Shown piece by piece: positions 13,117-24,144 of a stretch of DNA of 64,000 nt. This DNA is from Epithemia pelagica (taxonomy: Eukaryota; Protista; Bacillariophyta). Numbering within the stretch: the stretch's first letter is position 1; every line of letters begins with the position of its first letter. The translations under genes were made by a program, and so were the position numbers. Under the pieces are notes generated by a model, which saw nothing but the letters and a program-made list of their open reading frames with translations, was not told the origin of the DNA and searched no databases. The stretch lies in NCBI GenBank assembly GCA_946965045.2, contig OX337235.1, positions 682,001 through 746,000 of the forward strand. Direction: 5' to 3'.

Positions 13117-13759
13117 GGCGAAGTTCTTTGCGAGTGCTGACGTACATAAAAAATGAGGGCGTGTTCCACTTTTTTACCTTCAGATTCTGAGCGCCGGGCG
13201 AAGCCTTTGCGTGCGTGTTTCAGATTCATTCTGAAGAAAACAATATTTATTTTTGCCTCCTTAACGGCTATATGAGTGCAAGAAAGATATGCAGGCGTGC
13301 GCTTACTCGGCCTCGGAAGGTGGTAGCTATGGCTATGGCAGGTGCTCTAGTAGAGTATAGCCAACAGAGGAGGGCGCCAACGAATGACCATGACATCTAC
13401 TCCTCTATGCAATGCGTGTCTATCTGTTGTTCAGGATTTCATACATAATACTATATCTGTTGAATGGAAGAGATGATCGACTACCCCATCAATCCCGAAC
13501 GATGATCCATTATGAGTTACGAAGCCTAGGTTGATCGCTGGAGCAAGAACCGCAAGACGTTTCCGGAGAGCATGGATTCTTCGGATCCATCGATGTTCGG
13601 GCGTCTGGGTTACGTAGCAGCGTGCGAATTTCAATCGCCTTGTCTCTGATGGGCCGATTCTGTCCGCGACTGCAAAGATCTGGCGAGAGCGCGATTGAGT
13701 CATGAAGCCGTGTTCTTCCCACCGCCTTATAAACCGGATGTGAGGAGAAGAGGACGACC

Positions 13760-14938
13760 ATGTTTGCAGAATTCATTTTGGTCCGAGTCGATTTGGATTG
13801 TCATCATTCTTGCAATGAACGCGTTGGTGATGTGTTCCGAATGGATGTTGGACGCCTCAATGCCAGCCTAGGTCAGTGCGCAAAGTGGCTTGTTCATCAA
13901 CTCAACTTGCCAGATCAAGGACCAAAGAAAATATCATTCCTCCTGGGTGACTATGGCCGAAAGTCATGTACCTCTGACTATAATGTCCATGAAATGAACG
14001 AGCAGCACAACAGAACGTGGACTTTGAACCACTACTTGTCTTGCCATCAACAACAGCCAATTGCAGTTCGTGTGAGGGCAACGTTGGAACCCGTGCGGCT
14101 CTTAGTTCATCACACAATGACGAATAAACCGTGCGTCATCTCCGTGTCCCGACATGACAAAGTTTCGAACGTGAAACAAGCGATTGAATCATTGAAGCAC
14201 TTCCCAGTCGACGATCAACGAATCACTTTTTCTGGGAAACCATTGAATGATGATATGGCGCTTGCGGAATACAACCTCGGGACCGGAAGCTCTCTGTTTC
14301 TGTCTCTTCGTCTTCCAGGAGGTTCACGAGGAACATCATTTGTGGATGTTTCTCGAATGGACGCGCTTCGGACGCGTTCCTGGAGCAGTCAAGCTCCCAC
14401 GTGGCGAGAAGTGGGTGAAGGACTTTGCATCCATGGGAGATGTAGGAACAAATCCTGTGAAGCATATAAGCGGAAAGTTATTTGCACCATGGGCTTTGTG
14501 GACGTTGATATCGCTGGTCCCAACAAAATCAGCAGTCGCTGCCCCATGTGCAAGAGTCGATTCACCCCGAAAAAGCCAGGTTTCAACAATTGTTGGTGGA
14601 AAATTGAAGCTGTCAAGACTTTGTCTCCCGAGTGTGTCTTTCACTCCCCGTGGAACCGCGCCCTCAATGAGTACACGACGTACGACGAGGCTACTGCCGG
14701 AACAAGTGAGTTTGTCCGTCTTAAAGTATCCGTGCGCCCGCTTTGGGATGTTGACCACCGAAGTGGCCCTTCTCTCTGTCCGATTTGCTTGGAAGAGGTG
14801 AACGGCGACTACGTCACGACCTCCTGCAAACACGTGTTTCATAAGTGTTGCTGGCAAGAATGGAAACAGAAGTTGGCTTCTCGTGATCAGGCACCCACGT
14901 GCCCCCTCTGCCGACAACGTGACCCTAGCGTCCGCTAG
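13760..14938 (+). CDS. Ubiquitin-like domain, Cys-rich putative Zn domain and RING-H2; probable E3 ligase, 392 aa
   Basis: UBL with DQRITFSGKPL..LRLPGG; central CxHGRCxNxxC..CPMC..GFNNCWW; RING-H2 CPIC-x11-CKH-x2-H-x2-C-x16-CPLC. Confidence 0.8.
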   Translation: MFAEFILVRVDLDCHHSCNERVGDVFRMDVGRLNASLGQCAKWLVHQLNLPDQGPKKISFLLGDYGRKSCTSDYNVHEMNEQHNRTWTLNHYLSCHQQQPIAVRVRATLEPVRLLVHHTMTNKPCVISVSRHDKVSNVKQAIESLKHFPVDDQRITFSGKPLNDDMALAEYNLGTGSSLFLSLRLPGGSRGTSFVDVSRMDALRTRSWSSQAPTWREVGEGLCIHGRCRNKSCEAYKRKVICTMGFVDVDIAGPNKISSRCPMCKSRFTPKKPGFNNCWWKIEAVKTLSPECVFHSPWNRALNEYTTYDEATAGTSEFVRLKVSVRPLWDVDHRSGPSLCPICLEEVNGDYVTTSCKHVFHKCCWQEWKQKLASRDQAPTCPLCRQRDPSVR

Positions 14939-15387
14939 AAAGTTCACGGGACAATCGATCCTTCGTTGGTGCGGGTTAAAGTCATCTACCATTCATCAGC
15001 TGTAACACACCGAGAGCTGCTGTGATCAAGAGCTCCAAAGCATTATCAAACGATCGGTCGCCTGGATAAACAAGGCATCTGATGAAGAGACAAAGACCAA
15101 TCGAACTCAATTGCGTAGAGACCAAAGATAGACTCCTCTTAGTAACGTCTTTTGTATAAAGAATCCGAAATTTCAGACGAGTAGCAATGACGCTGTACTC
15201 ACAAAGCAGCTTCGACGTTCAAACACTCTCCTGAAGAGGCAGCTATCTATTTGCGCTGATCGTTAAGCGATTCATTGCTCCGAGAAAACACAACCAGTCA
15301 ACCTTCAATCCAAGCATGAATAATGTTTCTGCCGTTGGTTGCGAGCTGACCCGGTCCAATGACAAGGCTGTTTGATGCCGCTGCGGC

Positions 15388-18300
15388 CTATAGAGAGTTC
15401 CAGAACTTGGCAACAAACCATTTGCGCCATTCTCCATGTTCCTGAAGTGTTCTCTTTGCATCAATGCTGCAAAACTTTGGATACGCTTTCACAAACTCAG
15501 CGTGATGCAGTCGTTGATACTCCGCAACCAAGTGCACATGATGTGTCTTTGCGTCTGTGGTCTCATCGGACGACATAAAACTGGAAGCAAACGGGTCAAA
15601 TCCCTGCTGGACACTGCTCGAATTAGGAAACAAGAATTTGTGTTCCAGCGTCCAACTCAGGTTTTCAAGCCGACTCAGAGTAGCGTTGTCCAAACATTGT
15701 ACAGGAAACGGTACATGAGGAAGCTTGGTATCTTTGTATTCCTGGATCATTCGTCGAACATCGGTGCGAGTAACACCCCGCTCGACACTTCTTGCAGGAA
15801 TCCAGCCGTCCTTGTAAGCTTGGGTCGCCAACATGTCAAAATTCAGATCGACAGAAGGGTTGGCAAACTGTGAAGACCGCGGATTGGAGGATTGTTGGTT
15901 CGCAGTGGTCCCACCAACAAGGCGACCTTTTCGAACTGCCCAACACAGGGTGGGCCAACGACGCGTCTTGGGAGGTAATAGTTGGCAAAAAACAAAGTCA
16001 AGCAATGGATCACTCTGGGAAGGAATGACGCGACCATTCTCGAACAAGTAATTCAAGTGCGACAGTGACATGATGTGAACATTTTCGAAATGCTGTTGAT
16101 AGTTATGGTACAACACATGGGCCGGGTGCATTTGATAGCGTACTTCAATTTCCTGAACGTAGTCTCCAAATCCGTTCACATCATGGTTGCCTACTCCACC
16201 GTGCCGGCGCAAGGCTAGTGTATTCCCAGCACTGCGATTGTCCAGTGCAAAGGGCAAAATCTCTTCTCCAACAATCTGATTGTCGTCGCGGTGGCCAGGC
16301 CACAAACGTGCGGCCCGATTGCGCAGAGGTTTGACCACGGAATTGTACTTGGAGGGGAGCCATTCAAACAATGGACGATAGGCCACAACGATGTGAACCT
16401 CCCACCGATTCTTTCTTTTCAAGTACTGTGCCAAAGTGGCAATGTGACGCGACGACCATTCAGTACACCCTTCAAACACAATCAAGATCCCCAGACCATC
16501 CTCCCAAATCTCGTCGACGCGACTCACAAAGTCCGGATTGAGCATTGGTGGTCCAGCGGAAACTCTTGCCAGCTTTTGATTCACCTTTTTATTCGCCCGT
16601 TGGGGATCGAGACCATGTGGAAATGGGCCTACCGGATTGGCATTGGGATCAAGTGGAGAACGTTGAAAGAAGGCCAACTGCTGGTGCTTGAGGTACTTGT
16701 TTTCACGATCAATATCGGAACCACATTGAATGGGGCAAGTTCCTAGGTACACAAGCTTGTCTTGTCGCAACAGCGGTTCTGCGATTGCAGCGTTGGCGCA
16801 CAAGCTACATTGCAAATGAGTTGTGGCTGTCTTGGGAAGCCCAACGTGGAGTATAAACAGAGGACGATTTCCTCCCGCTCTTTGGTCTGTCTCGGTTTCA
16901 TTGTCCCTTTTGTTAGAGTCTCTTACACTTGTACTTGAGATATTGACAAAGTTGGACACGAACCAGTCTCGCCAATGCGGATCTTGTAAGGTTTTGTTGG
17001 CATCAATGCTGCAAAATTTATGGTTGGCCTGGGCTTTGGCAAATCCCACACGATGGAGATCTTGATACTCCTGGACTAGTGACTGCTGTGTTGTTGCGTT
17101 CAGCGTGCTGCCCTCGTTCTTCAACGCATCGCCGTCCCCAAAAAAGAGACGATACTCGACGTTCCAGCTAAGGGTTTCCAGTCGATTCAGTGATGCAGTG
17201 TCCCAACACAGCAAGGGAAAGTCGACAAAGGAAGGCCGTGGGCCCTCCACTTGCAACCCCCCTCGAGTAGATTTCAGATGCACCTGATGGCGGCGAATAT
17301 TCTCTGCTACAGATGGACGAGTTGGTTGATAGGCTTCTTCATCGTACCCAACGCCTTTTTCGACACGAATCAACCCCTGTTGGTATGCCGCCACGGCCAA
17401 CATGTCATAGTCGAGCTCAATCGATGGGTTTGTTGTTGTGGTTGCTGTGGAAATGGAAGAAGAAGCGGGCTTTGTGGAATTTTTCAAGCTTCCAGTGCGT
17501 TCAATGGTTTGACACGTTATGGGCATTTGCCCCGGCAAGACTTGGCAAAAAAGATAGTACAATAAGCGGTCGGTATGAGAGGTAGGGTCGCCTCCCGTTC
17601 CACCACCAAGGCCAAACCAATGACGCAGTCCTTGCCAACTCCAACCAGAGGGATTGTTGTCACGAACGACAGATTGTTGCGGCCCCAAATGCGGCAAGGA
17701 CATGATGTGAACATGGTCAAAGTACTGGCGAAAGTTGCTCTGCAACATGTGAGCAGGATGCATATGATACTTGACTTCGACATCATGGATAAAATCGGAA
17801 AAGAGTTCATCCGATTCCGAACTCTTTCGCAAATGGGGAGAATGTCCGGCACTCAAGTGATCCATACGAAACGGTGCAATCGCTTCACCCGTCAAGGTTG
17901 CTGTTGTTGTTGTATTATCGAGAGAAGAAGTGCTACCAACACCAATGACAGCGTCGTCGTCCTTGTCTGGGTTGTTATTATCCTGTTCCGCATTGGTCAG
18001 ATATCCGACAAACAAGGATTGGCCAGGCCAGATTCGTCCGGCTCGATTGCGAGTGGGTTTGATAATGGAGTTGTACTTGGAGGGCAACCAGTCAAACAGG
18101 GGCCGATAGGCTGCCACAACATGGACTTCCCACTGAGGTTCCAAGAAATCTCTCATGACTTGAATGTGACGATGGGACCAGACATTGGATCCTTCAAATA
18201 TCACCATGGCATTCAGGCCTTGCTCATAGGCATGTTTGACACGTTGTCGAAACTCCAACGACAGTTCTGGCCATGGTTCTTCTTCGTCTTCTTTTTCGTC

Positions 18301-19374
18301 CAAGTCGTTTGTCTGCTCTCCTGAACCTACGGCATCCGCTTTTGCTGTTGCATTCAGTTTTCTGGTCATCCATGAGGGAACCAACTGCTCTTTACCAGGC
18401 ACTTGTAGTTCATGTCTCTGTCGTCGTCGTTCTTTTCTGGTCATCCATGAGGGAGCCAACTGCTCTTGACCAGGCGGCGCTTGTTGTTCATGTCTCTGTC
18501 GTCGTCGTTCTTGAATACCCATCCAAATGCGGTTACGATCCAAGGCATGGGGAAAGGGACCAACTGGATTACTTCCGGCTTCCTCCATGGGCCCTGCTCC
18601 TCCTCCTCGTTGAAAGAAACTCCCTTGTTGATGAGCCAAGTACAAGTCGTTGTAATACTTGGTGATATGGCGTCTGTGGTGACGTCCCTTTCCTGGTCCT
18701 TGCATTGAAAATGGCAACTCATGGCCGCCTCGACACTCTCCAATGGGACAAGTGCCCAAATAGATCCAATGGTCTTGTTGCAACAAGGGAATGGTAGCAT
18801 TGGGGTTGGCACACAAACTACATTGTAAATGAGTTGTGGCAGTCTTTGGCAAACCCACATGCAAGACAAATCTTAAGGGATCCTGTCGTCCGGTTGTTGT
18901 GGAGGCTCCATGCCGAGTGTGGTTGTTATTATTGTTGTTGTTTGTACCCTCCTTTTCTGTAACTCCTCGTGTTGGATTGGCAAGGCTCGTGTTGCGATAC
19001 AAACCTGGCCCAAACAAATGATAGCCATTCAGTTGACCATGTTCCACATCGGGAACCCAAAAGGGCAAGAGAACCAACACACAAATGGACACGACCAAGG
19101 ATGCACGCAAACACAACGACACACAGGGTCCTATTGTTGCTGATGCTGATGGTCGTACTCTCAAGAGGGACCCTTTTTTGGAAGCACCACGAAAGGTTGG
19201 TAAATGCCGCTTGGATGTTGTGAATCGATCCTGCGCATCTGGGGAGCAAAGTCTATTGTGAAAGTTGCGTCCTTCGTCATGATGATAATGATTGCTATTG
19301 TTGGGGCCAGCCGCAAATCGTTGTCGTGGTTTTGGATGCGTCCGCCGTTCATCCAGTAGACCACCTTGTGTCAT
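15388..19374 (-). CDS. Type II membrane protein with two tandem sulfotransferase-like P-loop domains, 1328 aa
   Basis: Intronless ORF with one N-terminal TM. Two copies of LHVGLPKTATTHLQCSLC (5'-PSB-like) and of AYRPLFxWLPSKYNS (3'-PB-like). Confidence 0.75.
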   Translation of the reverse strand: MTQGGLLDERRTHPKPRQRFAAGPNNSNHYHHDEGRNFHNRLCSPDAQDRFTTSKRHLPTFRGASKKGSLLRVRPSASATIGPCVSLCLRASLVVSICVLVLLPFWVPDVEHGQLNGYHLFGPGLYRNTSLANPTRGVTEKEGTNNNNNNNHTRHGASTTTGRQDPLRFVLHVGLPKTATTHLQCSLCANPNATIPLLQQDHWIYLGTCPIGECRGGHELPFSMQGPGKGRHHRRHITKYYNDLYLAHQQGSFFQRGGGAGPMEEAGSNPVGPFPHALDRNRIWMGIQERRRQRHEQQAPPGQEQLAPSWMTRKERRRQRHELQVPGKEQLVPSWMTRKLNATAKADAVGSGEQTNDLDEKEDEEEPWPELSLEFRQRVKHAYEQGLNAMVIFEGSNVWSHRHIQVMRDFLEPQWEVHVVAAYRPLFDWLPSKYNSIIKPTRNRAGRIWPGQSLFVGYLTNAEQDNNNPDKDDDAVIGVGSTSSLDNTTTTATLTGEAIAPFRMDHLSAGHSPHLRKSSESDELFSDFIHDVEVKYHMHPAHMLQSNFRQYFDHVHIMSLPHLGPQQSVVRDNNPSGWSWQGLRHWFGLGGGTGGDPTSHTDRLLYYLFCQVLPGQMPITCQTIERTGSLKNSTKPASSSISTATTTTNPSIELDYDMLAVAAYQQGLIRVEKGVGYDEEAYQPTRPSVAENIRRHQVHLKSTRGGLQVEGPRPSFVDFPLLCWDTASLNRLETLSWNVEYRLFFGDGDALKNEGSTLNATTQQSLVQEYQDLHRVGFAKAQANHKFCSIDANKTLQDPHWRDWFVSNFVNISSTSVRDSNKRDNETETDQRAGGNRPLFILHVGLPKTATTHLQCSLCANAAIAEPLLRQDKLVYLGTCPIQCGSDIDRENKYLKHQQLAFFQRSPLDPNANPVGPFPHGLDPQRANKKVNQKLARVSAGPPMLNPDFVSRVDEIWEDGLGILIVFEGCTEWSSRHIATLAQYLKRKNRWEVHIVVAYRPLFEWLPSKYNSVVKPLRNRAARLWPGHRDDNQIVGEEILPFALDNRSAGNTLALRRHGGVGNHDVNGFGDYVQEIEVRYQMHPAHVLYHNYQQHFENVHIMSLSHLNYLFENGRVIPSQSDPLLDFVFCQLLPPKTRRWPTLCWAVRKGRLVGGTTANQQSSNPRSSQFANPSVDLNFDMLATQAYKDGWIPARSVERGVTRTDVRRMIQEYKDTKLPHVPFPVQCLDNATLSRLENLSWTLEHKFLFPNSSSVQQGFDPFASSFMSSDETTDAKTHHVHLVAEYQRLHHAEFVKAYPKFCSIDAKRTLQEHGEWRKWFVAKFWNSL
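18359..18511. repeat. In-frame 75-78 bp tandem duplication within the sulfotransferase-like ORF
   Basis: Encodes ERRRQRHE..EQL.PSWMTRK twice. Confidence 0.85.
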
Positions 19375-19994
19375 TGTTTCGTACGCCCTCTCTGTGGCGT
19401 CGATTCAAAACCACCTTTGGGTGGTGAAATACCAAAATGGAACCAGGAAGACTTTGTCCAAACCGGCAGCAAGGATTTAGGACGACACCATTGTCACTGT
19501 GTTGCGTACCTCCCTCGATGTGAGTTGCGGTCGCGTTCTGGTTTTGTGTCGCGTTTCAGACGCAGAAAAGGGTCAAGGGTGGCGCCGCGTAGGGGATAGA
19601 GTACCCCCCAGAGGGGTGGTTTTGAGGGTGTAATTTCGTGTTTCAACGAAAATACTACCTCCGAAACACCCCCGCTGGGGAATAGGGGATAGAGCAGATA
19701 GCAACCGTCAACTACCGTCAGAACTCCTCCTCCGTAGACAGCGAAACAGTAGAAGCATAACATATTCCTAATGTATTCTCACTTCCTACTCCTGTGGAAT
19801 ATGACCAGTGGCGACCTTTTGGCGTTCCTAAGTACAGGATCAACCAGGAAATCTCTTCACTAAACCTCAGGCACAGAATCAAACAAATGCAGTCATGGAT
19901 TGGTAGAAACGCTCAAATGAAGCAAGCCAATCGAAATTGATATCGTGAAGTATTGTGAAATGAACATGAGAAAAAACACGGACTCTGTCATACA

Positions 19995-21056
19995 TTACAA
20001 AGGCGGCGTGACGTCAAATTCTTTCCATTCCGTGGTGTCCTCCTCGAGACAAACATCATCCACGATGGACACGGAGACAGACCAACGGTACGTTCCGTAA
20101 CTCACATGGCTGAAATCGTAGAGATGGACATAGGCTCCGTCCACCCACGAATCCACATCAACCTCAATGCCTGGCGCAGCAGGGTCCCATATTGGTCGAT
20201 CGCTCGTTCCCCCTTTTCGTTCCAGGTTAATGGTGATGGCCGTCATTTTTTCTCGCTGCCAGCCCACGTTAAAGATGAATGGTGGTAGTGTCAACAAACC
20301 AGAGGGAACTCCCTGCATCGTCGAGGAGTGAGGGAAAACTTGAGTGGTTTCCGACTTGTTGGGATCACAAGGTGTGGGACTCGGCGTTGGAGGTCCACAA
20401 TCTCGTACTACCAAGCCCTTGATTCCAGCTTTGGAGTAATAAGGAACTGTCACGTTGTAAAGAATCTCGGGGATACCCGATCCATCAGCATTCGCGGTCC
20501 AAATAGTAGAATCTTCGTAACGTCCCCATACGCCAATGAACAACTGGTCCATGTAGAAGTCAATCGTTCGAACGTTATCATATTCAAAGAACTCTTCCCC
20601 ATAATGGACTTCCAACAAAGGGCTTGTTCCATCCAGCAATCCGCGAAAGACATGGCTCTTGTCCACAACGTACATGTATCCCGAGCTGGTGTCAATCGCA
20701 ATGCCACGAGGAGAATCTTTGTGGCCGTATGAGTACGGATTGTACAGGTTACGAGGCTGTTCCGAACCAAACGGTGAGCGCAAAAACTTGACAAAACTTG
20801 TTTCAAACTGGTCTCTACCACCATAGTACGCATACCAAGAAGTTGGATCAATCACCACCGCTGGTACTTCACCGGTATCCAACTTGTTGGCGTAGGTCGC
20901 AGTTCCATCCAGCGCAATTGCATACAGCCCATCGTCGGTACCGAGAAGCATTTCGCCTGAATCTTCATTGACTGCAACACCTAGAACTTTTCCTATTTGA
21001 AAACATGTAAGAGTACTGATGCAGCAACCAAGCAGCAACGTGTGCCACGGTGCCAT
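19995..21056 (-). CDS. Beta-propeller paralog 2, 5'-truncated relative to paralogs 1 and 3 (353 aa); possibly a pseudogene
   Basis: From IGKVLGVAVNEDSGE onward it aligns with the other two paralogs, including the FNVGW..GTYRWSVSV C-terminal domain. It lacks the Cys-rich domain and first blades. Confidence 0.65.
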   Translation of the reverse strand: MAPWHTLLLGCCISTLTCFQIGKVLGVAVNEDSGEMLLGTDDGLYAIALDGTATYANKLDTGEVPAVVIDPTSWYAYYGGRDQFETSFVKFLRSPFGSEQPRNLYNPYSYGHKDSPRGIAIDTSSGYMYVVDKSHVFRGLLDGTSPLLEVHYGEEFFEYDNVRTIDFYMDQLFIGVWGRYEDSTIWTANADGSGIPEILYNVTVPYYSKAGIKGLVVRDCGPPTPSPTPCDPNKSETTQVFPHSSTMQGVPSGLLTLPPFIFNVGWQREKMTAITINLERKGGTSDRPIWDPAAPGIEVDVDSWVDGAYVHLYDFSHVSYGTYRWSVSVSIVDDVCLEEDTTEWKEFDVTPPL

Positions 21057-23656
21057 GGTCAGTTTCTCCTTAAATCAAAGCTTGACACTCTTGCAGAAAC
21101 TGCAGTGCTCATGAAAATGAAATGAGCTGATGATGGAGATCCAAATTATGTGGCGTGCTCTAGGTCGATCCACCATTCGGAAGTCCAACGAGCAAAAACG
21201 AGAAGTTGTTGACATGGGGACCTTCTCGAAATCCCCCGAACGAATGAGACAGGATGGAGGAAGCCTCGTATTCAAGCTTACTCTGGCCTGGATTGATTGA
21301 TGACTTAAAAATAAAGTATGCATGGAAGGCGAAGTTCTTGACTCACTGTCTTTCGCATAGGGATGAGGTTGGTTTTTTCATCATCAGGACGCGAAGCGAA
21401 CCATAGATCAAGTAGACTGGATGCTTCCCGTCAGAGATTCTCAATATGCATTCATTCTTCTGGAGCAGTTTTGCGTTTGTAGTGTCACGGGCCTTGTAGC
21501 TTGTGGAGAAATTTGGAGATGCGTGACCCTTGTAGCCCCGAATCACCTAACTATTTGTTCTCTCCACAGCACCTTTTCTCGTACATACATGAGAGGAGTA
21601 TGCTCGATGGTCGGTCACATGCCATTTTCCAAACCATAGAGATGTCGACCACGAAGAATGCGGAACAGACGTTTTGGACGGATCTAGTGCTGTTGGTTTT
21701 ACACCATTCTGATCCGTGCTGTTGGCTGTTGACGCTCTCGGTTTCGGGTCAGACTTTTGCTTTCAGAGAGATCTACTGTTGATCTGTCAACCTTTCAAAT
21801 CTTCTTCCGTCGTCATGAGCAACTCGGACCGCATGACGCGAGAGGGGGGAACGTCCATCCTCTCAGGGTCTTTCAGAATTGCTCGCTTCTGCGCAAAGCG
21901 ATTCACGAGCACCCTCTTTGGGGTCTCGCACCGTCCGAGACGTAAATCTTCGGCAGTAATGTTCCGAGACTCCTAGCGTTGGAACGGTAGTTGTTGACAT
22001 GTAGAATGTTTTGTGTCGTGCTGTTGATGTAGGATGCAGGATGGTTTGTTGACAGCGTGTGATGTGCGTGTAGACTGTGCCGCTCCACCCATTTTGGTGG
22101 TAAGGGAAAAGGGATGGTAGTATAGGTAGTATAGATAGGTATGGACTCCCCTTGAGCTTTAGCTTTAGTGTCTCCGATAGTGGTAACAGACTAAATGCTC
22201 ACGACAATATCCTATACACAAAAGGATCCTTGGAAATGAGAAATCAAGAGGTAAGAGAGTAAGAAGTCGAGAAAAGTCAATGAAGAATCACCAAGCTAAG
22301 AACTCGTTTATGTATCAAAGCAGAAATGTAAAGCAAACCATGATATCATGCAACGTGTAGAGGATCCATTCATCCTTTCGTTTACTCGTCCACCGATTCG
22401 AATTGTTCCCATGGTGTTTCGTCCTTTTCAAAACATGGATCGTCCAAAATAGACACGGATACAGACCAACGGTACGTTCCATAACTCAGAGCGCTAAAGT
22501 CTTTCAATCTTTCAAGACGGTATAAGTTCCATCGACCCACGAATCGACATCCACAGCTACTGTCGTCGCAGGGCCCCAACCAACGGGTTCAGCGCTCGTT
22601 TCTTGTTCAATGTTGAGAGTAATGCCACCCATTTTGTCGCGTGGCCAGCCAACATTAAAAACAAATCGAAATATCAACACACCCGCGGGGAGTGCTGAAG
22701 CTGTCGAGAGAGGGAACACTTGCGTGGTTTCCGACTTGGCGGAATCACAACGTATGGGACAGTCTTGAAAGTTTCGTATAACCAAGCCCCTAATCCCTGT
22801 TACTTGATAACCCGCCATTCTCCATTCGTCATTGAAGACGGTAATGTTGTAAAGAACCTCGGGAATACCAGATCCATCCGCATTGACGGTCCAAATCGTT
22901 GTGTAGTCTGGGTCCTCTGCAAAACCGCCAATGTACAACTGGTCCTTGTAGAAGTCAATCGTACGAACTCTAGTTGTACCTTCCTCGTCAGTGGCATTAT
23001 TCTCAAAAAGCTCTTGTTCGAAATGAACTTCCAACAGAGGACTTGTTCCATCCAACAATCCGCGAAAGACATGGTTATTGTCAACAACGTACAAATAGCC
23101 GGAATGAGTGTCAATCGCAATCCCACGAGGAAAATCTTTGTTCATATACGGATCTTCTGCGTGCCAACTGTACATAGTCCGAGGCTCTTCTAAACCAAAT
23201 GGTGAACGCATAAACTTGACAAAGCCAGTTTCGTGTTCCATACGAATACCACCGTAGTACACATTTCCGGAAGTTGGATCAATCTCCACTGCCGGTATTC
23301 GGCCGGCATCCACCTTGGTGAAGTAGGGCGAAGATCCATCCGATGCAGCTAGGTACAGCCCATCGATGGTACCAAGAAGCAATTCGCCCGAGTCTTCATT
23401 GACTGCAAAATCCAGAACTGTTCCGATTTCGCTGTCCCATTTATCCTTGATATTTTCGTAAAGGCGAACAGGTGATCCGGATCCATCGAGATTACCGTAG
23501 AACACGTCGCCCGACGGAGATCCCCAATAAAGTCGATTGAGGCCACCACAGAAACTTGCTGTGACACCTGTAATTTGGCTAACATGCTCAGTGGCATAGA
23601 GTTTAACTGGACTGTCCCCATCTCCATCAATTGTGGAAGCATATACACCACCCATG

Positions 23657-24117
23657 TGTTGTTTTCCTGCTACCGTGGGCAACAAGAACGAGCTCAACCC
23701 GTGTAAAACAAAGTTAAGTTGTGTGTTTAGTCTTTACATCTACTCGTAGCGATGGCTGTGATCCGTTGGATCTTCGGCCGTTTGATAAGGTAGATTGGAG
23801 ATCTTTTGCGATCTTGTTGCAATCTTGGTTTCCTATGTATCGTCGTCCAGCCCGTTCTTGCCTGTCATAATGTTTAGACGACGACAGTTATGGGATGCCA
23901 TAGGATCTCGTTTCTCTATGTATTGGACTTGTTTGGGCCGTTATTGTTGATGACGCGTTGCTCCAAATGAGACTTGGTCGGCCCATTGGTTCATTTGTTC
24001 TGTTTGAAATAACGATGGTACTCGTCTCTTGTCGGTCGAATCTTCTACTTCCGAATGCCGGTTCCGAATATTAGTCGCACTTCTTCATTCACTGACCATA
24101 TCTCATTATTTTGAACA
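23657..24117 (-). repeat. 3' LTR of element 1
   Basis: No difference from 29485-29945 found by eye. Confidence 0.95.
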
Positions 24118-24126
24118 CTCCCTCTC
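24118..24126 (-). promoter_or_regulatory. Polypurine tract GAGAGGGAG of element 1
   Basis: Directly abuts the TG of the 3' LTR; the same 9-mer is the PPT of element 2. Confidence 0.85.
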
Positions 24127-24144
24127 GGCCGAGTAGAGGCGATG

